Of a DNA stretch of 64,000 nt, positions 15,536 to 24,279 are shown piece by piece. How positions within the stretch are numbered: the first letter of the stretch is position 1; each line of letters opens with the position of its first letter. The notes under the pieces are model-generated. The model was given only the letters and a program-made list of their open reading frames with translations, was not told the DNA's origin and did not search any database. The stretch spans positions 1,238 to 65,237 of the forward strand of contig CAYPSF010000001.1 in NCBI GenBank assembly GCA_964413165.1, read 5' to 3'. The position numbers and the translations under genes are program-made. The DNA is from an uncultured Bifidobacteriaceae bacterium (GTDB lineage: Bacteria; Verrucomicrobiota; Verrucomicrobiia; Limisphaerales; UBA11358).

Positions 15536-18520
15536 ATGCGGTCTGACCCCCTCAGCATCCCGGATTTCGATCTGGTCCGGCCCGTCGGGCGCGGCAGTTA
15601 TGGCGAGGTGTGGCTGGCGCGCAGTGTGACCGGGATTCATCGGGCCATCAAGGTGGTGTATCGGGATCGTTTCGAAGAGGCCCGTCCGTTTGAACGGGAA
15701 TTTGCCGGCATCAAACGCTTTGAGCCGATTTCACGTTCCCAGGAAAACCTGGTGGACATCCTCCACGTGGGGCGCAAGGACGAGGGGGGCTGTTTTTATT
15801 ATGTGATGGAACTGGCCGACCCGGCGAGTGGCGATCCGGCGCCGGTATCGGAGGCCAGCAGTTCCGCGTGGGAACAGGACTACCGGCCCAGGACCTTGCG
15901 CGAAGCGCTCGCTACCCGGAAGCGGCTGCCCATCGAGGAGTGTCTGGCCATCGCCATCGGATTGGCCCGGGCGGTGAAACATCTGCACGAGCACGGCTTG
16001 ATTCATCGCGACATCAAGCCGTCCAATGTCATTTTCGTGAACGGAACCCCGAAGCTGGCGGACATCGGCCTGGTTTCCGCGGTGGAAGAATCCCGCTCGT
16101 TCGTCGGCACGGAAGGATTTGTTCCGCCGGAAGGGCCGGGAACACCGGCGGCGGACCTGTTCAGCCTGGGAAAGGTGCTGTACGAGATGAGCACCGGCCG
16201 GGACCGGCTCGAATTTCCTAAACTGCCGGAAGACCTTGAGCTCATTCCCAAACGTGAAGCCCTGCTGGAGTTCAACGAGGTGGTCCTGAAGGCGTGTCAT
16301 TCGCAGGTGAAGGAACGTTACCCATCCGCCAGTGACCTGCTCGACGATCTGTTATTGCTGCAGGCGGGACGTTCGGTGAAACGGCTTCGGCTGGCGGAGC
16401 GGCGCCTGGCTCGGCTGATCCCTTTGGTCCTGACGTTCGTGGGCTTGGGCCTGGCGGTTCTGGTCGTCCAACACCTGCGCACCCGCGCAGCCCAGGAACT
16501 GGCGCGAGTGGAAACCCGCTATCGCCACGAGGCGGAAACCCAGGAACTGGCCACGAGGCAATTGCTCTATGCGGCGGACATGAATCTGGCGCACCAGGCC
16601 TATGCCGCCGGCGACCTGGGCCGCACCAAAAGCTTGTTGACCGGCTGCATGCCCAAATCCGGCGCTCCCGATTTCCGCGGCTTCGAGTGGCGTTATTATT
16701 GGGGGCTTTGCCGGGGAGACCAGGACTACGCTTTTCCTGTCCAGTCCAACGCCATCGCCGAACTCGCCTTCTCCCCCGACGGTCGCCGGCTGGCATCGGC
16801 CGGCTACGACCACCGGGTCCAAGTGTGGGATTTTAACGGCCGTCAACTGATGAAAACTTACGCGGCCTCCGGAGGGGTCGAGGATGTTGGATTCTCTCCT
16901 GATGGGCGGAAGATTATGATGTCCGACACTGCGGGCTGCGTCGAAGTCAAGGAGGTTGAGAGCGGTCGGGTCCTCTTTCACCTGCAAGGCCGTTTCCGCC
17001 GCGCGACGATTTCACCCGGCGGAACGCTGCTGGCTCTGGGTGGCGGCGGCAAGCAGGCCTCGATGTTTCAGGGACCGGTTGAGGTCTGGGATTATCAGGG
17101 GCAGCAACGGCTTTTTTCCTTCACCAACGCCGGCACGTACGTCGCCTTTTCGCCCGATGGCAGGCGGCTGGCAGCCGGCAGCGACAACCATGAACTGAAA
17201 ATTTGGGATCTGGCGGACGCCACCTTGTTGCGGCGGATCCAGCCCGTGGAAGACAACTTTGGCATGAGCTTTTCGCCGGATGGCCGGAAATTGTTGTTGG
17301 GTGATGAGCTGGGGTTTCTGCATCTCTGGGATCTGGACTCCGGACGGCACCTGGCAGGTGTCCAGGCCCACAAAGGAAATATTTTCAAGACGGCGATTTC
17401 ACCGGACGGCAAGATCATTGCCAGCGTCGGTGCCGATCAGACGGTCCGGCTTTGGAATGCCGAATCGCTTTCGGAATTGCGAATTTTACGCGGGCACGCC
17501 AGCGAAGTGTGGGCGGTGGCCTTCTCACCCGATGGCAAAGCGCTGGTCACCGGCGGCAAAGACGGAAGGGTTCTGTCGTGGAGCGTGGCGGGCCCAATGA
17601 CGAAAGAGGTCCTGACCCAGGATGTAAATTTCTGGGACTGGCCGGTGTTTTCCGACGATGGAAGCCTGATCGCGGTGGGTGAGAAAAGGGCAGGTGTGAC
17701 CGTCTGGCGCGCGGCCGACGGGATGCGGCTGGATACGCTGGGCGACGCGGAAACGCCGCTGGCGTTCGACACCCATGCCGCATCGTTGCTGGCCCTCGGA
17801 CGAACCGGTGAACTGCAACAGTGGGCTCTGTCGTCGACCAATCATCAGCTCCTCAAACGCGTCCACCTGCCAGACATGGAAATTCGCGCCCACGCCTACC
17901 TCCCGGAACGCAACCTCCTGATCACCGGCGATAGCCAGGGGCTCATCCGGATTTGGGATGTGAATTCCGGTGCTGAATTGGCGCATTGGCAGGCGCATCC
18001 GGACCGCATCACCGGCATCGCTCTCTCGCCCAACCACACTCTGCTGGCCACCGTCGCTGAATCAGACGATGACGCGAAAGTCTGGGATCTGGGCCGGCAC
18101 GAATTGGTCCAAACCTTGCGCGGCCACAAAATGGCGGTGTTTGGTGTCGCTTTCTCACCGGATGGGCGAACCGTCGCCACCGCCAGCGTGGATGACACCT
18201 GCCGCCTCTGGGATGTCCGAACCGGACAATGCCTCGCCGAGTTGGGTGGGCATCAGGGCGGTACTTACAGCGTGGCGTTTTCGCCGGACGGCAAAACTCT
18301 GGCGGTCGGTTGCAACGAGGGCGAATTGAAACTTTGGAACCTTGCCACCCGGCGCGACATGATGACCCTGATGGCCGAGCCGCATACAATATTTGTCACC
18401 AGCTTTTCTCCCGACGGGAGGACCCTGGCCACCGTCAGTTTCAACCATCACGACGAGAAGTGTTCGCTCAAACTTTGGCGCGCGCCGGATGTGCCGGGAG
18501 CCGGCCCAGGGTCGCCGTAG
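15536..18520 (+). CDS. Ser/Thr protein kinase with transmembrane segment and C-terminal WD40 repeats
   Basis: 994 aa. Motifs: GRGSYGEVW glycine loop, AIKVV, HRDIKPSNV catalytic loop, DIGL. TM segment LIPLVLTFVGLGLAVLVV. More than 10 WD40-like units (FSPDG..LA.....V.LWD). Confidence 0.9.
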   Translation: MRSDPLSIPDFDLVRPVGRGSYGEVWLARSVTGIHRAIKVVYRDRFEEARPFEREFAGIKRFEPISRSQENLVDILHVGRKDEGGCFYYVMELADPASGDPAPVSEASSSAWEQDYRPRTLREALATRKRLPIEECLAIAIGLARAVKHLHEHGLIHRDIKPSNVIFVNGTPKLADIGLVSAVEESRSFVGTEGFVPPEGPGTPAADLFSLGKVLYEMSTGRDRLEFPKLPEDLELIPKREALLEFNEVVLKACHSQVKERYPSASDLLDDLLLLQAGRSVKRLRLAERRLARLIPLVLTFVGLGLAVLVVQHLRTRAAQELARVETRYRHEAETQELATRQLLYAADMNLAHQAYAAGDLGRTKSLLTGCMPKSGAPDFRGFEWRYYWGLCRGDQDYAFPVQSNAIAELAFSPDGRRLASAGYDHRVQVWDFNGRQLMKTYAASGGVEDVGFSPDGRKIMMSDTAGCVEVKEVESGRVLFHLQGRFRRATISPGGTLLALGGGGKQASMFQGPVEVWDYQGQQRLFSFTNAGTYVAFSPDGRRLAAGSDNHELKIWDLADATLLRRIQPVEDNFGMSFSPDGRKLLLGDELGFLHLWDLDSGRHLAGVQAHKGNIFKTAISPDGKIIASVGADQTVRLWNAESLSELRILRGHASEVWAVAFSPDGKALVTGGKDGRVLSWSVAGPMTKEVLTQDVNFWDWPVFSDDGSLIAVGEKRAGVTVWRAADGMRLDTLGDAETPLAFDTHAASLLALGRTGELQQWALSSTNHQLLKRVHLPDMEIRAHAYLPERNLLITGDSQGLIRIWDVNSGAELAHWQAHPDRITGIALSPNHTLLATVAESDDDAKVWDLGRHELVQTLRGHKMAVFGVAFSPDGRTVATASVDDTCRLWDVRTGQCLAELGGHQGGTYSVAFSPDGKTLAVGCNEGELKLWNLATRRDMMTLMAEPHTIFVTSFSPDGRTLATVSFNHHDEKCSLKLWRAPDVPGAGPGSP

Positions 18521-18528
18521 ACCCACAA

Positions 18529-18594
18529 ATTCAAAGCGACCACATTTCCGAGGCCATCCAATACCGTTCGCTGGACCGCCAGTTGTGGACGTGA
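18529..18594 (+). repeat. Direct repeat copy 2 (orphan comM 3' fragment)
   Basis: Encodes [21 protein letters not shown] with no upstream comM body. It starts 8 bp after the kinase stop. Confidence 0.9.
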
Positions 18595-18657
18595 GATCCC
18601 CGGGCAATCGCCTTGCCCGCGGATGGAAACCCGCCATACTGGCGCGGAACCGCTCTT

Positions 18658-21066
18658 ATGAACTATCGCGTGCGCCGTCGGGGGGACGATTTAGGAGTCT
18701 TTTCACTGGACGAATTGCGGCAACAACGCGAGTCCGGGGGGTTGACCGGCGATGAATATGTTCAAGGGGAAGGGATGTCCGACTGGCAGCCGCTGGAGCT
18801 GGTGTTGCAGCAGGGGTATCGCGTCGTGCCGCCGCCCCTGCCGTCGTCCGTCTCCAAAGGCGGCTTGAGCCAGGGCGTCATCTGGCTGATGATCGGCGGC
18901 GGAATATTTTTTTTTATCATTTTCGTCTCGGCCTTCACGTATTCGATACTCGGCTTTCAACGCGGTTTTCAGGGTGCCATCAACTCCTCCCGGGCGCGAT
19001 CGGGTGCCGCCGAGCCGAGCCTGGACGGGGTGTCCGCGGCCAGCAAGCCGGTGGTCTGGACAACCAACACGTTAACCGCCGCCGACGTTCAAAAGCAGGG
19101 ACGCGAATTCGGAACCCGCCAATGGCTGGATGGCTATGAAAAGCGCGGCCGCCGCAATCCGTCCTGCGACAGCAAAGTGGACCAGCTTCTTCGCGCCTGG
19201 ATTGCCCACGAGTCCGGCAGCCGGGTGGAAACGAATGCCCTTCCCGTGGCACAGCTGGGCGACCAACTGGCGGCGGATGCCAATTGCACCGACCCGTTGG
19301 TGTTGACTGTGGCCGCCGAAAGCAGCATCGAGATCTTCGAGTCCACCCATCGTTTTGAACGTGCCCTGGCCGGATTTCCCGAATCGAATCACAAGGCCTA
19401 TCCCCGCCTGTGCGCGTCCGTCGGAATAACCCGTTATCTGAGCGACCACCCGGAACGAATTGCCACCCTGGACGCGTCGTCGCTGAAATTGCTGGGAAAC
19501 TGTTTTGCCGATGGCAGTTTTCTGCCCGGCGACCAGCAAACGATCGGAGAAATTCTGGTCCACGATTGGGGAAATGCTTTCTTTGAAAGAAACGAGGCCG
19601 CCATTTGCCGGATCGTGCACCAGGCCGGGCCGGCCTATCAATGGCTGGCGCTGACGCTCGACGGTGAGCGCGAGATCAATGAAGCATGGAAGGTCCGCGG
19701 CGGCGGCTACTCCGGCACCGTAACCTCGGCCGGCTGGCAGGGTTTCAGCGATCACCTGGCCAAGGCCCGGAAAGTCCTCGCGCAAGCCTGGCATTTGCAG
19801 CCCGGGTTCCCCCTGGCGCCGTGCCGGATGATGACGGTGGCGTTGGGCGATTCCGATGCGGACGAAATGCGCATCTGGTTTGACCGGACACTGACAGCGC
19901 AATTGGACTATCCCCAGGCCTGGTCCGGAATGCGCTGGGGCCTGCGCTCGCGCTGGCACGGCAGCGAAGCCGCTTTGCTGGCGCTGGGCCGGACCGCAAT
20001 CCATACGGGACGTTTTGACACCGAAGTTCCCCGGAAGTTCCTTGATTGTGTTTCGGACGTGGAATCGGAAGAGGAGCTGGCGTCTAGCCGGCACATCTAT
20101 GGGCGCCCGGACATCTGGCCGGAACTGCAGACGATGTATGAGGGTTATCTCGCCGACCGCACGCAAGCATCGGGCCGCCGCGAATGGCTCGGCAACTATG
20201 CGATCGCCGCTTATTTTGCGGGAAAATATGACGTGGCGGCCGAACAGTTGAAAGCCTTGGATGGGAAACTGCCATCGCAGAGCCTGACCGGCTGGGGCGC
20301 GGATGTTTCGTTGATGCCCCTGGAAGCGGTCGCCCGCACGGGGCCGCTCAAAAAGGACGTTACCGAGGCTGAATCACACTATCAGAGCGGCGACCTGGCC
20401 ACGGCCCTGTACCAGTTTGGGGCGCTGCAGGCTGCGACCAATGCGGATGACGGAACCCGCAAATTTATTCAAACCCGGCTGGCGGCGATCTCCCTGGAAC
20501 AGCGGTTCCAGAAAAGAGAGTGGGTGGATTTCCTGCCGTCGGACAATGCCGATCCGGGTTGGGCCTGCCTGCGGGGTAAAATGCAGCGACTCCCGGACGG
20601 CGCGTTGGAAGTCCAATCCGGGCCGGAAGGGCATTTTATTTTCTCCCGCGCCCGCGTGGGTTCCAATTTTGAAATCCGCGGTGAATTCGAGGTGGTTCGC
20701 TCCTCAACGAAATATTTCCAGGCCGGACTGGTCATGGGCACGCCCGACGTGGACGCCTATTCCTTCCAGGCGTTTCGCATTCAACGGCACGAACAGGAAG
20801 GCGACATTGCGTGTTTCGCCGAAGGCTGGGGGCTGCGGCAACTCACGCAACAGGCAAAAGTGAACGCGGTCCGCAATACCTTCAATTTCCGCCTGGAAAA
20901 GGGCCGGATCACCGCGTCGGTCAATGGCGCCGAGGTTTTTGCCAGCGCGACGCCGAAAGACGAATTCAGCGGGCCGGACGAAGACATCCGCGCGGGGCTG
21001 GGTGCCTACAACGACACCAACGAAACCGTCATCCGCTACCGCAACGTTCGAATCCGGAAACTGTAA
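18658..21066 (+). CDS. GYF_2 (DUF4339)-domain membrane protein with C-terminal DUF1080/LamG-like domain
   Basis: Starts MNYRVRRRGDDLGVFSLDELRQ...GMSDWQPLELVL (GYF-like). TM segment VIWLMIGGGIFFFIIFVSAFTY. C-terminus ...WVDFLP...GALEVQSGPEGHFIFS...IRYRNVRIRKL (DUF1080-like). The ORF-track start at 18613 lies inside the comM repeat, so I preferred the internal start. Confidence 0.7.
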   Translation: MNYRVRRRGDDLGVFSLDELRQQRESGGLTGDEYVQGEGMSDWQPLELVLQQGYRVVPPPLPSSVSKGGLSQGVIWLMIGGGIFFFIIFVSAFTYSILGFQRGFQGAINSSRARSGAAEPSLDGVSAASKPVVWTTNTLTAADVQKQGREFGTRQWLDGYEKRGRRNPSCDSKVDQLLRAWIAHESGSRVETNALPVAQLGDQLAADANCTDPLVLTVAAESSIEIFESTHRFERALAGFPESNHKAYPRLCASVGITRYLSDHPERIATLDASSLKLLGNCFADGSFLPGDQQTIGEILVHDWGNAFFERNEAAICRIVHQAGPAYQWLALTLDGEREINEAWKVRGGGYSGTVTSAGWQGFSDHLAKARKVLAQAWHLQPGFPLAPCRMMTVALGDSDADEMRIWFDRTLTAQLDYPQAWSGMRWGLRSRWHGSEAALLALGRTAIHTGRFDTEVPRKFLDCVSDVESEEELASSRHIYGRPDIWPELQTMYEGYLADRTQASGRREWLGNYAIAAYFAGKYDVAAEQLKALDGKLPSQSLTGWGADVSLMPLEAVARTGPLKKDVTEAESHYQSGDLATALYQFGALQAATNADDGTRKFIQTRLAAISLEQRFQKREWVDFLPSDNADPGWACLRGKMQRLPDGALEVQSGPEGHFIFSRARVGSNFEIRGEFEVVRSSTKYFQAGLVMGTPDVDAYSFQAFRIQRHEQEGDIACFAEGWGLRQLTQQAKVNAVRNTFNFRLEKGRITASVNGAEVFASATPKDEFSGPDEDIRAGLGAYNDTNETVIRYRNVRIRKL

Positions 21067-21093
21067 ACGCTTGTGGCCGGCCCGCGTGTTTAC
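21063..21093. terminator. Possible bidirectional hairpin between convergent genes
   Basis: gtaaacgc-ttgtggccggccc-gcgtgtttac. The arms include both stop codons and there is an internal GGCCGGCC palindrome. No clear U-tract. Confidence 0.3.
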
Positions 21094-21878
21094 ACCGAAA
21101 CCGCTTTTTCCGTCGCCGGTTTCCCGTGCGCCCGGTAAAGCACATCCACCACGTTGCGCAGATATTGCTCGTCGGCGACCCCGTCCAGCGCCTCGGCGGG
21201 AAAATCGACCTTGGCCCGGAAATGCGCGGCCAGATCCCCGAACAATTCCACCCGCGCCACCGAGTCAAATGCCTCGCGCCTTAACAGCGCCTGCAGGGCG
21301 ACGTCCGCCTCCGTCGGGGAGACCCGCTGGCGCAGGCGGGCAGCCAGGTGCGGGTATTGCCGGAGTGAGTTGTACTTGCCGGCGAGCAATTGGTCGAGGT
21401 CCGGTTCGGCGCGGCGCGGATTCCGGATGACGATGGTATTGGCGGCGATGTCGCCCAGGCGCTGGCATTGGGAGTTGAACCAGCAGGTCGCGCCGCCGAC
21501 AAAATAAAACAGCGGCAGCGAGTCCACAAACCGGAGCAGGTTGCGCACGACGATCTGGTTGAATTGCAGCCGCATCCCTTCCACGTCCACCACGCGCAAC
21601 CGGAACAGTTTTTTGCCAATGGTCTGGCCGCGCCGGCTCCACTCAAAAAAAATGCCGTAGCCGATGCTGATGACAAAATAGCTGATGATGTAAAGGGCGG
21701 TGGCGACGTTCCCGCCAATCAGCGCGAGCAGATTGAAGGCGGTCCCCAGGAGCATCATCGCCGCGGTGATGCAAAGCTGATCGATGAACCACGCAAAAAA
21801 CCGCGTCACCGGCCCCGCCAGCAGTTGCGAGAAGACGATGCCCTCGGGCGTGCGGATGAACAGCATGCTCGTTTTCAT
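21090..21878 (-). CDS. RDD-family membrane protein
   Basis: 262 aa. N-terminal GPVTRFFAWFIDQLCITAAMMLLG is RDD-like, with multiple TM segments. It overlaps the upstream gene by 4 bp. Confidence 0.75.
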   Translation of the reverse strand: MKTSMLFIRTPEGIVFSQLLAGPVTRFFAWFIDQLCITAAMMLLGTAFNLLALIGGNVATALYIISYFVISIGYGIFFEWSRRGQTIGKKLFRLRVVDVEGMRLQFNQIVVRNLLRFVDSLPLFYFVGGATCWFNSQCQRLGDIAANTIVIRNPRRAEPDLDQLLAGKYNSLRQYPHLAARLRQRVSPTEADVALQALLRREAFDSVARVELFGDLAAHFRAKVDFPAEALDGVADEQYLRNVVDVLYRAHGKPATEKAVSV

Positions 21879-22891
21879 GCGTCAGGGTTTTCGGGGCTCG
21901 GGTCCGGGCGGCTTCCTGATTTGGCCAGGAACACCGAAAGCAAAACCAGTTCCACGCTGCCAAAGGCGATTTTGGCAGAGTAGGGAATGACCGGCTCGTG
22001 ATATTGCGAGAGAAACGCCTCCACGAATCCCGCCCAGACCAGCAGCACGCCGACGCCAAAAATCAGCGTGACGACATCGCCCGAGATTTCGCGCAGCCGC
22101 GTCCGCAGCGAGGCGCGGCTGCCCCGGCCGATGAGCGCCCGCGCCAGCATCAGGCCGGCCTGGCCGGCGATGAGGATGGCCGGGATTTCCACCACGCCGT
22201 GTGGCATCAGCCAGCCCAGGAGAAATTTGAGCTGTCCGTCGGCGATGTAATCGACCGAAATCGCGCCGAGGATGACTCCGTTGTAAAACAGCATAAAGAT
22301 GGTGCCGACGCCCCAGGTCATGCCGAGGGCGAGGGTGAAGACGGACACCTTGATGTTGTGCGTCATCAGATAAGCCGAGAACGAAGACCGATGTCCCGCC
22401 AGGCGGTTTTCCGTGCGGCTCTCCTCCTGTTCGACCCGTTCGCGAGGTCGCAGCTGGTCATGGCCGAAGGGCATGGTGACGTGGCGCGAGTCCGGATCGA
22501 AGGTGGTGGCCAGTCCGCCGAACGCACAGCCGGCCAGCGTGATGGCGACGGAGAGGTAAAAGGCCCGGACGTGGCGGCGGAAGGTGCGGGGGAGCGTCTG
22601 AAAAAACCATTGCAGCGGAAAAATCCGGCGTTGTTGAGCCCGCGTTTCGTGAATTTCCCCGTAGGAACGCGCCACCAGGTTTTCCAGGTACCGGCGCGTC
22701 TCCGGTTCCGAGGACAACGTGGTGATTTTGGCCAGATCGGCGGCCGTGCGTTCGTAAAGCTGATGAAAGAGCTGCAACTGCGGGAGGGTCATCCGCAGGT
22801 CCGGCTCCGCTTCCAGCCGGTCCAGCATCCGTTCGAGTTCGGTCCAGAAAGGCCGCCCGGTGGCAATAAAGCGTTGTAAATCAACAATCAC
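21875..22891 (-). CDS. SpoIIM-like (DUF95) integral membrane protein
   Basis: VSVFTLALGMTWGVGTIFMLFYNGVILGA...LMPHGVVEIPAILIAGQAG signature. I chose the GTG start forming a GTGA overlap with the DUF58 stop. The ORF track extends to 23020. Confidence 0.7.
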   Translation of the reverse strand: MIVDLQRFIATGRPFWTELERMLDRLEAEPDLRMTLPQLQLFHQLYERTAADLAKITTLSSEPETRRYLENLVARSYGEIHETRAQQRRIFPLQWFFQTLPRTFRRHVRAFYLSVAITLAGCAFGGLATTFDPDSRHVTMPFGHDQLRPRERVEQEESRTENRLAGHRSSFSAYLMTHNIKVSVFTLALGMTWGVGTIFMLFYNGVILGAISVDYIADGQLKFLLGWLMPHGVVEIPAILIAGQAGLMLARALIGRGSRASLRTRLREISGDVVTLIFGVGVLLVWAGFVEAFLSQYHEPVIPYSAKIAFGSVELVLLSVFLAKSGSRPDPSPENPDA

Positions 22892-24279
22892 AACAACTGC
22901 CTTTGTTTTACGCTCAAATATTGCGAAACCAGTTCGGCGCTCAAACGCTCGTGGCTGAGCAGTGAGAACCGCACCCCGCGCCGCTGCAGGACCTTCTGCA
23001 GCTCGCGCAGCTTGTGCCACTGCAAATGGCCGCCGAGCTGGCCGTACAAATCATCCAGGCCGGCAACCGCGGGATCCGTGAAGAGCGGCTTCACGCCCGG
23101 CATGGGCAGCATGTTCACCAGCACCAGGTGCTGCCGCCGGATCAAATCCAGGTTGCGGACAAAACTTTCCGCCAGCGCCGGGTCGTCCAGCGCCGTCAGG
23201 AAAACCAGCAGGGCGCGCCGCCGCAACCGCAACCGGATGAACGTGCACAATTCATCAAAATCCGGCGTGGCGATTTTGGGTTCGAGGGTATAAAGCGCGT
23301 CGCGGCAGGCGGTGTAATGGGCCTGGCCGTTCTTGGCCCGCACAAATTTTTCCACCCGGTCCGTGAACGTCAGCAATCCGAACAAGTCGCCCTGCTGTTC
23401 CGCCGCCAGCCCGAGCACCAGCGCGGCCGTCACAAACCGCTCTAAAGTGGTTGTCGAGGGTCGAGGGTCGAGGGTCGAGGGCGAAGACTGCTTGTCCGGC
23501 GCCCGCCTTTCGGTTCGCGACTCCCGCCCCGGCATGCGGGCGCTCAAGCGCGAGGCGTCCACGATCACGTAAACCTCCTGCGTCCGTTCGATTTGAAAAA
23601 CCTTCGTGATCGGCTTGCCCCGCCGCGCGGTCGCCTTCCAGTGAATTTCCGTGTAGTCGTCCCCCGGTACGTATTCGCGCAGTTTCTCAAAGTCGCGGCC
23701 CTTGCCCACTTGCCGCTGCGCATGCACGCCAAAGGCGCCCCGGTTCAGGAACAGGGCCGCGAGGTTTTTCCGTTCGTTGAGCAGGTTGGGGTAAACGCGG
23801 ATTTCCGACTGCACCGGGACGGTCTTGCGCACGGCCCAGAAGCCGAGGGGGGACCCGCCTTCAACGTAAGCCGCGTTCAGCCGGTAATTGCCGCGCTGGC
23901 GCGGCGTACAGGGCCAGGTCAGCCGCGACCATTCGCTTTGCGCCGGCAAAAGGGCATCCAGTTCTCCGGACTCGACCTGAATTTCAGGCGGCCAGGCCAG
24001 CGCAACCCTTAAATGGCGCCGGTGCTGCCGTTCATTACGAATCCGCAATTCCAGTTTTGCCGCCCGGTCTTTCGACATGCGCGCGACGGCGGGCAGTTCC
24101 ACGCCGATGCCCGCCAGGCTTTGGCGGGTCCCGAGGGCGTCGGCCAGCACCACCACCAGCAGCCCGCCGATGCACAGCAGGGCAACGCCCGCCGCCGGGG
24201 GAGACACCGCCCCGATCAGCGCGAACGGTAACATCACCGCCGCCACCCAAAACAACAATCTGGTGCGCGGAACGATCAT
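22888..24279 (-). CDS. DUF58-domain protein (MoxR partner)
   Basis: 463 aa. Two N-terminal TM segments. REYVPGDDYTEIHWKATARRGKPITKVF is the DUF58 signature. It contains an internal 4x7-bp tandem repeat. Confidence 0.85.
   Translation of the reverse strand: MIVPRTRLLFWVAAVMLPFALIGAVSPPAAGVALLCIGGLLVVVLADALGTRQSLAGIGVELPAVARMSKDRAAKLELRIRNERQHRRHLRVALAWPPEIQVESGELDALLPAQSEWSRLTWPCTPRQRGNYRLNAAYVEGGSPLGFWAVRKTVPVQSEIRVYPNLLNERKNLAALFLNRGAFGVHAQRQVGKGRDFEKLREYVPGDDYTEIHWKATARRGKPITKVFQIERTQEVYVIVDASRLSARMPGRESRTERRAPDKQSSPSTLDPRPSTTTLERFVTAALVLGLAAEQQGDLFGLLTFTDRVEKFVRAKNGQAHYTACRDALYTLEPKIATPDFDELCTFIRLRLRRRALLVFLTALDDPALAESFVRNLDLIRRQHLVLVNMLPMPGVKPLFTDPAVAGLDDLYGQLGGHLQWHKLRELQKVLQRRGVRFSLLSHERLSAELVSQYLSVKQRQLL

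Larger units (their letters stand above)
11411..18528. mobile_element. Putative integrated island remnant bracketed by duplicated comM 3' end (no integrase seen)
   Basis: The 66-bp direct repeats at both borders have att-like geometry at the 3' end of a protein gene. The cargo is 2 secreted proteins, an ECF sigma factor and a Ser/Thr kinase. Confidence 0.3.

Noticed and set aside
15731-18389. Multiple minus-strand ORFs of 100-211 aa inside the kinase gene
   Set aside because: They are antisense to a gene with complete kinase and WD40 signatures.
19072-20166. 364-aa minus-strand ORF
   Set aside because: It is antisense to the GYF/DUF1080 gene, has Arg/Gly/Pro-rich composition and has no start context.
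21998-22879. 293-aa plus-strand ORF
   Set aside because: It is antisense to the SpoIIM-like membrane protein gene, whose hydrophobic periodicity is convincing.
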